Positions 1-11,119 of a stretch of 64,000 bases of DNA are shown here, in pieces. Location: the NCBI GenBank assembly GCA_002269645.1, contig NIVC01000296.1, positions 372,001-436,000 of the forward strand, in the 5' to 3' direction. Made by a program: the position numbers and the translations under genes. Source of the DNA: Macrostomum lignano (lineage: Eukaryota). The notes beneath the pieces were generated by a model. It was not told where the DNA came from. It made no database searches and was given only the letters and a program-made list of their open reading frames with translations. Numbering within the stretch: position 1 is the stretch's first letter; each line of letters begins with the position of its first letter.

Positions 1-396
1 CAGAACGAACCTTTATTATTTTTGTTCGTGCTCAGAGGTCAGCAGAATCGGCATAACTGCTAGCCTTCTTGATTTGCGACAGTGCCCAAGACCCCTTGCG
101 AAGTAACTAGCCTGACTCTATTGACATATGTATCTGCTGATTAAATCTGCATCTAATCCTAATATTTTGACGCGATAACATATTTGCATTGTGGTTCACA
201 ATGCAAAGAATCAATCATAATCTTATCTATGTTGTATACTAAGTAAAATATAAAGTTAATTAAGATTGCCTTGCTAATTTTACTGTCATGTTCTTCTTGT
301 GTAAATTTCATTAAACTAAAGTCAGCTTTGCAGCCAAGATGCTCAGTAAAATTAGTATTAAGATTCCCTATTATGCCTCCAGATTCTAAAATGGCA

Positions 397-790
397 AGAT
401 GGGCCACTCAGGCATATATACTTAGTAAAACAGCTCTACTTTCAGTTCAGTAGCAAAGAAGAATATATAAGCTATTTTTTAGAAATAAAGGCAGCTGAAA
501 TGACTTTGATAAGTTCAGAAGCCCAAAGCTTGCAGGCGTAAACAGCTAGCTAATTGGTTCAGCAGTAATGTACATTAGCCAGTCCACTAAAATGTACATG
601 GCAGCTTTAGGCTGGAATTCCGAGAAAGGCAATAAAAATTGGGTGGCGGAGCGGTGGGTAGTGTGGAAGGGCACGGTTGGAGGGTTCAATTTGGGTGTTA
701 AGAGCCAATAAATGAGCCTTGGCTTTAAAAATACATAAAAATGCTTCTGTTTAATTTACTACTGAGCTGAAAGTAGCATTTCTGCTAAAG
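397..790. mobile_element. Partial copy of the CACAGA-ended MITE family
   Basis: Reverse-complement match to 14675-15137; inverted ends ...CTACTTTCAGTTCAGTAG / CTACTGAGCTGAAAGTAG. Confidence 0.75.
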
Positions 791-1285
791 GCTGTGCTAT
801 CGTCCGCACAAACAATAATAAGAATGGAATTAAGATCCAAAGGGGAGGAAAATGAACTAAGATTGTCTTTGCTCACCAGTCAAACTTTTAGGCCATAGAC
901 AGTCCAGGTGGGAAACCATTGTCTTAGCAAAATCTAAAATTCTGCCAAACGTGCCAATTAGATCATTTATAACTGTTCTCGATCGTCCTTTTGCCACAGT
1001 TGGCACAGCTATGACACAATTATGCTAATCAGCATATTACTGTGCTATGGAAACAGTTGCGAAACAGTTATGACTGTGCCACAATTGTGCAATAAGTGTC
1101 GATAGAGCCTTTTTTGCTACTAATCGACAATTATTTTTCCATTTGTTTCTTTACATCTGTAAGAGAATTAAATGTACTTGGCTAATTGTCGTAATATAAA
1201 TTTTCGCTGCTCAATTATTGACTTTTGCTATGATAAAAATATTTGTTTCAGTGCTGTTTTCAAAATCACCAAAGTTGCATTAAAA

Positions 1286-4200
1286 ATGGCTGGCCGAGGA
1301 TTTTTGCCCAAAGGCGACGTTGAAGACGAATGGTCGTCGGGAAATCTGAATAATGACTTCAAGAAGATGACCTTTGGAGCTTCTAACGGCAGCAACGGAT
1401 TCGGTGGCGCTTCGAACTATCAAAGTGGAGACACGGCTAATGGAGAAGGGGGTTTCGGCAGTGGCCGCAGTGGGTTTGGTGGAGGTCGCGGTGGCTTTGG
1501 CAGCGGTGCGCAAAATGGAGACAGAGGAGGTTCTGAAGGTCGTGGTGGTTTCGGTGGCGGGCGCGGTGGCTTTGGAAGCCGGAATGAAGACGCTCAGAAC
1601 GATGATAGCGTCGGCTTTGGAAGCCGTGGAGGGTTCGGGGGTGGTCGAGGTGGAGGCCGTGGCGGCTCCTCTGCTTGCTTCAAGTGCAACGAGAGCGGTC
1701 ATATGGCACGAGACTGCCCGAATGCTGATTCTCAAGAAAGACGTGGCGGCTTTGGTGGTGGAGGCCGTGGCGGCTCCTCTGCTTGCTTCAAGTGCAACGA
1801 AAGTGGCCATATGGCACGAGACTGCCCAAATGCTGATTCTCAAGAAAGACGTGGCGGCTTTGGTGGTGGAGGCCGTGGCGGCTCCTCTGCTTGCTTCAAG
1901 TGCAACGAAAGTGGCCATATGGCACGAGACTGCCCAAATGCTGAAGGACAAGGTTCTAGTGGTGGATTTGGTAGTCGTGGAGGTGGCGGATTCGGCCGTG
2001 GAGGAGGCCGTGGCGGCTTTGGAGCCTCCGCTAATGATGGCGCTGAAGGTAGCGGAGGTAGCTTCGGCAGCCGCGGTGGTGGTGGCTTCGGCAGTCGCGG
2101 AGGAGGCCGAGGTGGCTTTGGAGCCTCCGATGATGATGGCGCTGATGGTGGCGGAGGTGGCTTCGGCAGCCGCGGTGGTGGCTTTGGCAGTCGCGGTGGT
2201 GGCTTTGGCAGTCGTGGAGGAGGCCGAGGCGGTTTTGGAGCCTCCGCTGATGATGGCGCGGATGGTGGCAGAGGTGGCTTCGGCAGCCGCGGTGGTGGCT
2301 TCGGCAGCCGTGGAGGAGGCCGAGGTGGCTTCGGAGCCTCCGCTGATGATGGCGCTGATGGTGGCGGAGGTGGCTTCGGCAGCCGCGGTGGTGGCTTTGG
2401 CAGCCGCGGAGGAGGCCGAGGTGGCTTCGGAGCCTCTGCTGATGATGGCGCTGAAGGTGGCGGAGGTGGCTTCGGCAGCCGCGGTGGTGGCTTTGGCAGC
2501 CGCGGAGGAGGCCGAGGTGGCTTTGGAGCCTCCGCTGATGATGGCGCGGATGGTGGCGGAGGTGGCTTCGGCAGCCGCGGTGGTGGCTTTGGCAGCCGCG
2601 GAGGAGGCCGAGGTGGCTTTGGAGCCTCCGCTGATGATGGCGCTGGAGGCGGCGGTGGTGGTTCTGTCTGCTACAAGTGCAACCAGAGTGGCCATTTTGC
2701 CCGCGAGTGTCCAAACGCTGAAGCTGGAGGCGGCGGTGGCGGTTCTGTCTGCTACAAGTGCAACCAAAGCGGCCATTTTGCTCGCGAATGTCCGAACGCG
2801 GACGCACGTGCCTGCTTTCGCTGTAAGGAGACGGGCCACATCTCTGCCGACTGCCCGAATGTCGCCGCCGGTGATGCCCCCGGTGCCTCGACTGCTCACG
2901 TGCCTGAGGAGTCTCAGCTAGACGAGATTTATAGCCGGACCGTCCACACGGGCATCAATTTCGACAAGTACGAGCAAATCAACGTAGAGGTGTCGGGCAC
3001 CGACAAGCCGGGCTATCTGACACCAGCTTCGATGCCATCGGGCTGCCCAGCGTGATGCTGGATAACATTCTCCGCAAGTACAACTACAACAAGCTCACGC
3101 CGGTGCAGAAGTACGGCATCCCCATCATCCTCAAGGGAAGAGATCTGATGGCCTGCGCCCAGACGGGCTCTGGCAAGACTGCGGCCTTTTTGCTGCCTCT
3201 GGCAAAGATGATCGCCGAGCTGGACACCAACGATTCTACTGTTGCTCAGTACACCACCTACCCGGTCGCTCTTATACTGACTCCTACCCGAGAGCTGTGC
3301 AATCAAATTTATGATTTCGCTAGGTAAGTTCTTTGTCAGTAAATAATTTCACTATTGATTAATCTTTAATAGCTCAAACACAAGGGTAATAAGTTGAGTT
3401 GAATTGAATTTAGTTCGTGCAGTTTTAATCCATAATCAATTGCCTTTAACTAAATGAAGCTAAATATTTTTACAGACATGGCTGTATGTATTGTATATAA
3501 CAATTTATTTCAAATACTAGTGCATCCCAGTGTCAGTAATTTAGCTTTTCCAGCTCGTTCTATCCAATGTTGCTTTCAGCAAATTTTTGTACCCATTCAA
3601 AAACGTCATGCGCTGTCATACCACAAGTGGAATTGTGTCAAGTGTCTGCGATCGGAGTCTGAACTGCAGCACCTCGTTAATGTTGGTGGCGGCACTCTTA
3701 ATGTTATGGCGAATGGTGATCGCTATACTATCGATACGCACATTTCCTCTGCTGCATCTCTGTGTGAGGATATTCACATCTACTTTTCCAAGAGCTCAAA
3801 TCGGACAAAGAAGTTCGAAGCCCTTCACATGGCGTTGAAGGTGGCCACGCACACATTCCTTTAAGAATGTGCAAACGTGCTGGTTGGAGCTACTGCCCTA
3901 CCTAGTGCGACTCGAGAAGCAGTGAATTATACTTCGCGGCATACTTTGTAGAGCAGCTTAGTCGAATACAATGATGCGGCTGCATCCAACGCTCGAATCC
4001 ATGGCAGGGCATCAGGCAAGCTCTTTAGGACACGTCGACTCGATTAGCAATTAGTTTTCCATATCCAGCGTCTTTTACAGAAGTACAAGATATAAAGTTT
4101 CAGCTGGAAAACACTGCTTGTTCACGACATCCATAAGCAGACTGTTAGACTGTTAGAGTACTGTAATCGCTGAGAATCATTTCTACCGAATGGACTTCCA

Positions 4201-7200
4201 GAATCCAGATTGCTACTATCCAATTTCCGTTGGCAAAAATCGGCGTCGGTTCGGACACCAAATGGCTGTTGGTTGAGGATCCGAGAGCCAGGCACAAACC
4301 CACCTGCAGAACCTACCTGCCGTTTCCAAGGGCCTCTATGTAAATCCGATAGATAATGAATATTTGTGCAGGTCCGTCTATGGTTAATCTAACAAAGTCT
4401 TTTTCTCAGCCGTCCCGGTTTTTTCGATGTTCCAGAGCGAGGTTCATCATCAGTTGATGATTCTCCTTCTTTAAAGCGGTTGTACCACTTTTACGCAGCC
4501 CGCTGAAACATGGTTTTGTCTCTGTACGCTATGTACTTGTGCAGCAGGAATTCCGACGCAGGATTACGTCGATGGAGTAAAGACTCCGTTTCCATTATTT
4601 ACGAGTCCGTCAGGTGATTTGCTGAATATTTGTTGTTTTAGAGTTCTCTGCACAGCGCTAGGAGCATTAAAACTTTCTAAAACTCGAGGATTTGACCATA
4701 GCCTATGTATTGGTCTTATCAAAGCTCAAAGCAGCAGCCCCATACATGTATATGGTCGATACTTGATTGCACGAAGACTTAGACTTCGTGGACTTAGAAG
4801 AATCGTAGACTTACGATTGCACCCTCGGAGCTGGACCAGCTGACAATGAAGGTACACCTATTCACCTATTCAACATGAGGTCCACTTCCTCTGCTGGAAC
4901 CACGGATGCGAGGCGAATTAAGGATTTGGTAAGGAATGACACTCGAGCGTAGTCCATTGAGTTCCCTTCTTTGGATCGCCTAGAACTGTTTTATGATAGC
5001 GCTGACGGTGAACGTTTCATTGGAAAGTAAGTGCCATGACATCCATGCCCAGAAAAAGCGCGAACAGTTCGTAGCTCGTGTATACAACTGGAGTGAACTC
5101 GCATCTAGCGAGGAGCTAAGTCTGAGGTCTTTGGTGTTATATTGCCACCCGATCGGGTATCTGGTAGACAAATTTCTAAACTGCACGTTTCCTTCTTTTA
5201 CGATCCATAGAGTCCTGACCACGCTCACTGTGACTTAGTCTTATATCACTCGTTACCATGCATCACCCACACCATTTGGCTGCAGCTCTGGTGACTGTCA
5301 ACTTTAAATGGATTCACCAACTGTTCTCAGAGTTCCGTCAAACATTTTAACAGGACGGGCCGCTTTCACATTAAAATTCACTTTGTCAGAACTTACTTAT
5401 CATCCAGGTATTGTTTTATAATTAGAGATTCCATCTCCACGTGTTGTTCTATAATTGAAGATCCCATCACCCTGACTCCTGATCTCCAAGTAGGTATTAT
5501 TCCGTACGAGTAATTCGATCCAATATAGTTTCAAAAAAACTGAAAAAAATAGCTTAATATTCAAGTCCAAATACTGTCAATCCATTAAGCTGAAAGCGTT
5601 TATTCTTATGATGTGTAAAAGGTTCGTTCCAGTAGTACGAGGGCTGATCAAAAGTTCTGCAAGTGACCTCAACTCAGTGTTACAGCAGCCGAGGCGTCTA
5701 ATCAGTGTCACATTCCCTCAGGTACTTTCCACCACCATCTATGCACCGTNNNNNNNNNNNNNNNNNNNNNNNNNNNNNNNNNNNNNNNNNNNNNNNNNNN
5801 NNNNNNNNNNNNNNNNNNNNNNNNNNNNNNNNNNNNNNNNNNNNNNNNNNNNNNNNNNNNNNNNNNNNNNNNNNNNNNNNNNNNNNNNNNNNNNNNNNNN
5901 NNNNNNNNNNNNNNNNNNNNNNNNNNNNNNNNNNNNNNNNNNNNNNNNNNNNNNNNNNNNNNNNNNNNNNNNNNNNNNNNNNNNNNNNNNNNNNNNNNNN
6001 NNNNNNNNNNNNNNNNNNNNNNNNNNNNNNNNNNNNNNNNNNNNNNNNNNNNNNNNNNNNNNNNNNNNNNNNNNNNNNNNNNNNNNNNNNNNNNNNNNNN
6101 NNNNNNNNNNNNNNNNNNNNNNNNNNNNNNNNNNNNNNNNNNNNNNNNNNNNNNNNNNNNNNNNNNNNNNNNNNNNNNNNNNNNNNNNNNNNNNNNNNNN
6201 NNNNNNNNNNNNNNNNNNNNNNNNNNNNNNNNNNNNNNNNNNNNNNNNNNNNNNNNNNNNNNNNNNNNNNNNNNNNNNNNNNNNNNNNNNNNNNNNNNNN
6301 NNNNNNNNNNNNNNNNNNNNNNNNNNNNNNNNNNNNNNNNNNNNNNNNNNNNNNNNNNNNNNNNNNNNNNNNNNNNNNNNNNNNNNNNNNNNNNNNNNNN
6401 NNNNNNNNNNNNNNNNNNNNNNNNNNNNNNNNNNNNNNNNNNNNNNGGTTGCAGAACTTTTTGATCACCCCTCGTATCAACTAAAACAATGCAGTTTATT
6501 CAGGCAGTAATTAATAGCATTCAAGGTTATAATGACAATAAAGTCCGGCAGTAATTAAAATTAGTATCCTATATAGCAAGTATTTTTTTCAAATCGGAAC
6601 TATAGCGTTGTGTTTTATGTAAGCATTTTCACCTCTCCTTCTGTCAGGGGATTTCTGGCTGGCACAAATATTCACGCCAAGCGCGTCTACGGCGGTCCCA
6701 AGACCGAATACTTGCGCGCGGAACTGGCCAACGGCTGCCACATTCTGGTGGCCACTCCCGGCCGGCTGAAGGACTTCGCCGAGAGGAACATTGTCAGTCT
6801 GAGCAAGACCCGCTTCCTTGTGCTTGACGAGGCCGACCAGATGCTTGACAGGGGCTTCCTGGACTCGGTGACCTGGACGCTGGAGCAGATGCCTTCTGAC
6901 AGGCAGATTGTGATGTTCTCGGCTACCTTCCCTGGTCCGATTCAAGCTCTGGCTCAGCAGTACCTGCAGAACTATTTGTACCTGACTGTGGGTCAGGTGG
7001 GCGCAGCCAATCCCGACGTGACTCAGGAAGTTCGCGAGGTGCAGCAGGACGACAAGCAGGCCGCTCTGGAGTCAGTCATCGACGAGTGGCATTCGGATCC
7101 GGCTCGAAAGAGCGACCGGATTCTCATCTTCGTGGAGACAAAGCGACAGGCAGACTTTGTCGGACTGGCTCTGACGCAGAAGAAGCAGCTGCCCTGCACC

Positions 7201-7695
7201 ACAATTCACGGAGACCGACAGCAGCGCGAGCGCGAGACTGCTATCAGGGATTTCAAGAGGGGCAAGAATCCGATTATGGTCGCCACAAACGTGTCGGCTC
7301 GCGGCGTTGACATCAACGGAATCGAGCTGGTGATCAACATGGACCTGCCGAGCGAATTCGACATGTACGTGCATCGCATTGGTCGCACAGGTCGCTGTGG
7401 CAACACAGGCAAGTCGATCTCGTTTTACGACCACGGACGCGACTCGGCCCTGGCCCTCCTGTTGCGCCAGAATCTGGAGAAGTCCGGTCAGTCCGTGCCA
7501 GACTGGCTCGACGTTTACGCGGACCAGTCCTGTGGCGGCGACGGCGGCTTTGTAGGCGGCAGCAATCGCGACATGAGGCGCGGCGTCGCCAGAGACCGGT
7601 TCCGCGAGCAGCCCGACGAGGGCGACTTCGCCGAGAGCGCGTTCCGTCCTGCCCCAGCCGCTGATCCGGCAGCCGAAGAAGAGGCCTGGGATTGA
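1286..7695 (+). CDS. vasa: Vasa/DDX4-like DEAD-box RNA helicase, copy 1. Exons 1286-3323 and 6648-7695; +2 nt frameshift near 3021.
   Basis: N-terminal GGFG/RGG repeats and 6 CCHC knuckles ([14 protein letters not shown] x3, [14 protein letters not shown] x2, [14 protein letters not shown]). Q motif [39 protein letters not shown], and an acidic EEEAWD tail typical of Vasa. Donor AG|GTAAG after 3323 and acceptor CTGTCAG|G at 6647 join in phase 2 (FAR-GFLAG). Relative to copy 2 there is an extra CA at 3021-3022, giving a stop at 3053-3055. Confidence 0.92.
3600..4300 (+). mobile_element. Degenerate hAT-superfamily transposase remnant in the vasa copy 1 intron
   Basis: Broken frames give [16 protein letters not shown] (decayed CxxH region), [19 protein letters not shown] and [20 protein letters not shown] (the TRW..L..V.R...QW signature). 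Stops and frameshifts are present. Confidence 0.55.
5638..6474 (-). mobile_element. Tc1/mariner element spanning the assembly gap
   Basis: Inverted ends CGAGGGCTGATCAAAAGTTCTGCAA (5638) and TTGCAGAACTTTTTGATCACCCCTCG (ending 6474), each flanked by TA. The minus strand at 5698-5749 encodes [12 protein letters not shown], a mariner-type transposase C-terminus. Confidence 0.8.
5750..6446. other. Assembly gap (697 N)
   Basis: Run of N. Confidence 1.
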
Positions 7696-9262
7696 CGGCC
7701 GCGCTGCTCGACCTGTGTCGGAAAGTTTTCATGCAGAAACAATTTTTTTACTGCTCGGTGTTCGTACTTGTTAGACTTCTTGTTGCTATTTTCGTGTTTA
7801 TTTCTCTTCCCATTCACTGCGAGTCAGATCTCGGGTAATCCGCTGTCTTGGTGCTCGATCTGCGTTAAAGCATTTTTATTAAAACGCTTTGTGTCGTCTC
7901 GGCAAATTTATTATTTTTACAATCTTATTTTTCCCTAAAAAATCGGCCCAGTCATTTTTAATAGTCCTAATTTACATTTGCAATGGCCCGATTTGTTTCC
8001 AAAATGAGCAGTGCGTGCTCAGGGTCCTCCGGTGGTTCTAAATATACCTATGTGTAATAAAATCGATTGAGCTCCTGTGCACTCTGCTGTTTAGCGCTAG
8101 CTTGCTGCAGATGCTCCTGTCCTCATGATTTTCACAGCTGAGTGGGACAGCGACGGAATCTCGATGTTGCAATATTATTTACAAGCTGCATTTTTTATAC
8201 ACCTGGTGCTAATCTATATATTGCGTCTTTACTACTTCCGTTTAAGCCAAACTAACTATTATTATTATTATATATTCTACTTTTTAATATCGTTTCAAAG
8301 CCTAGTTTATAGAGTAGCTTTATCACTACTAGACTTAAGGTTAGCTTACCCAGTACCCCTGCCCCCATTGAGCCGCGTCTCATGATTCGATTCAATGGTA
8401 CAGTTTGTTCATTTTTAGTAGCATAACACGCTGTCTGCACACTGTATTGCTGTGCTGTCTGCACACTATTGTGCTATCTGTATTACTGTGCTATGAAATC
8501 GAATCGAACCAAGGGGCAAATATGCTTCCTTAATTAGATTCAAAATATAAGGCTGCCTCCGATATCTTGCAATTCGTAAGGCCACAGCAATAAAGCCCCG
8601 TTCACCAATTATTTTTATTTCGATTCATTCGTGTTGCAGTTGATTAAAGAAACGCCTTTGTGAAATTATCACTGTGCTCTGCGGTCCGCTTCGCAAGATG
8701 CATTTAATAAATCGGCTTTCGATCCTTTGGTTATTTTTATTTTGTTCAAATTTGGCTGCTCTTTTGCTTTTGTTTTTTTCTTATTTGATTTAGGGAAACT
8801 TGTCCATGCGTTGGTCTAAATAGCTGTTTCCAACCTCAAAAACCTTACTGATAGTGATAAATAGGGCAAGGTCATCAAAAGGAGTCCATACTCACTCGGA
8901 CAGTAAGTTAAAGCAATTAACATCCCGGAAAATACGAGCGTACAATTCTTAATGTTAATGAGCCTTAGCATGCAACACGCTCTCAACACTCCTTGGTTTT
9001 AATCACAGATACTAGAATAACTATCAGTATAGCTAGTAGATGTCACTCGCAATTAAAGCTGTGAAAAGTAAAGCGTCGACTCCTTTTCTGTAGTTTCTCT
9101 GCGCCGAGTCACTTAAATTTAATGTGGCATCTAAATTTGCTTTCCTTGCTCGGCGTTTGCAACCTCTTGAGAATATAGGGTTAACTAAGAAATAACAATA
9201 CGCATTTAACTTTATGTACACAAGTGAACACAACTTCACAAGACGGACGAAACTCAGCCAAT

Positions 9263-9674
9263 GGGGCAGGCCCAATCCAGCTCAGCCAATGAGAGAGCAG
9301 TAAGGAGAGAGGTCAAAGTCAGACCCTAGGGTTGGGGCAGGCCCAATCTAGCTCAGCCAATGAGAGAGCAGTAAGGAGAGAGGTCAAAGTCAGACCCTAG
9401 GGTTGGGGCAGGCCCAATCTAGCTCAGCCAATGAGAGAGCAGTAAGGAGAGAGGTCAAAGTCAGACCCTAGGGTTGGGGCAGGCCCAATCTAGCTCAGCC
9501 AATGAGAGAGCAGTAAGGAGAGAGGTCAAAGTCAGACCCTAGGGTTGGGGCAGGCCCAATCTAGCTCAGCCAATGAGAGAGCAGTAAGGAGAGAGGTCAA
9601 AGTCAGACCCTAGGGTTGGGGCAGGCCCAATCTAGTTCAACCAGTGAGAGTAGTAAGGAGAGAGGCCAAAGTCC
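9263..9674. repeat. 71-bp tandem repeat, about 6 copies
   Basis: Unit GGGGCAGGCCCAATCTAGCTCAGCCAATGAGAGAGCAGTAAGGAGAGAGGTCAAAGTCAGACCCTAGGGTT; a single related copy lies near 50447. Confidence 0.95.
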
Positions 9675-11119
9675 GGCGCAAGCGGGCAAGAGAAAAGCCT
9701 AAACAGTTAACTGTTATTGGCCTGACTGTGGCTGGGGCGCCACCCCTTTTTCTTTTTCTCTATGCACATGCACTGGATTTGGGGTTTTACTTTTAAGTTT
9801 TCCTTCGTCTTAAATTAATTTTTTTAAAATTAGAATCTGTGGTTTTCTGGTGTCGCTAAACAAGATAACAGAATAAACAGGATAAATACGTTACTCAAAT
9901 GGGTCTTGCTTGTTGAAAAGGTCGAGACAATGTTGCAGCTTTAAAAACTTAAAATATCTTGTATTATTAAAAAACAAAATGCTGGTTTTATAATATTATT
10001 GTGAAGGCAAAACGCTAGTTTTGCTACTGAAGTAAGAGTAGTTGAGCAATTTTTTTACGATTGACGTTTCTGCTCGTAGTTAGTCTAGTATCTGTGGTTT
10101 AAATATTACTTTTTGCGTTATACGCTTGTAGGGAAATCAAAATTAAATAATAAATGCAGTAATATCACTGAGTAGCGAAAGCTCAGTAAGATATCTATTA
10201 TGCAACTTCATTCAATTTCATACATACATACGTACATACATACACGCAGTACAAGTACGGGAAACTAAACCATTTGGTAGCAAGTAGATATGATGTTGCT
10301 CATAGACAGGCAGACGGAAAAAAGGCAAACAAGTTGATAATTAGGCCTAGACATCAGCACAAATAAGAATGCCAGCAGCAACGGCTCTTGTATTGGGTAA
10401 AACAGAGAGTTCTCGCGGTTTGTGAAGCTTTCTATGAAATGAAGTACATGTAATGGTACTGTAGCACTGTAGCTCAAACTTGAATTTGGGTTGCTCTGCG
10501 TCGGTCTAAGGCATTTATATACCTCTGCACACAAAACCTAGAAGCCTCTAGAAATTTCTGTAGGCTTAACTTTCCAAATCGCGAAAATTTTCTATTTTAC
10601 CCACTAGAAATCATGCTTAAACACCGACTTCCATGTAGTAAAGATCAGAATTATCAAATTGGATACTTTTTATAAAACTCGCTTGCCTTTTGGCAAGACC
10701 ATAATCTACTACTGCCAAATTGCAATCCTCAATTTGGCTCAAAAAATAAGTGTATAGAATCTAAGGTTAAATAGATATGAAACGAGCTGTCTATGGCCGA
10801 AGGTCTATTAACCGGCTGCAAATTTGTGAAGTTTATTTACTAGAAAACAAATTAGTCTATGGTAGTGGGTAGGGCTTCGCCCCCACACCCCGTCCCTCAC
10901 TCTCGGGGTGTAGCTTGAGCAAAAATGTCTATAGTACGAGTACAGTAATCATTGATGCCCCTGCCCAATCTGCATGTAGAACCAAGGCGCCCTCTGATTT
11001 TCTATTAACACCTATTAACGCATGGGTACATTTAGTGTTCACCCTTTTTAAAGAAACTTATAGAATTTGTCACCGATCGCATTAAAACTTATGCTTCAGG
11101 CAATCTAAAACAGCAGCGT

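Noticed and set aside
1280-2921. Long antisense and alternate-frame ORFs over the vasa repeats (also 11089-12437)
   Set aside because: By-products of Gly/Arg/Phe codon repeats that lack stops in other frames; the peptides are low-complexity.
4700-5600. Coding-like sequence in the vasa copy 1 intron
   Set aside because: No recognisable motif or sustained frame on either strand; probably decayed mobile DNA.
5608-6510. 260-300 aa ORFs
   Set aside because: They consist of N-gap X residues.
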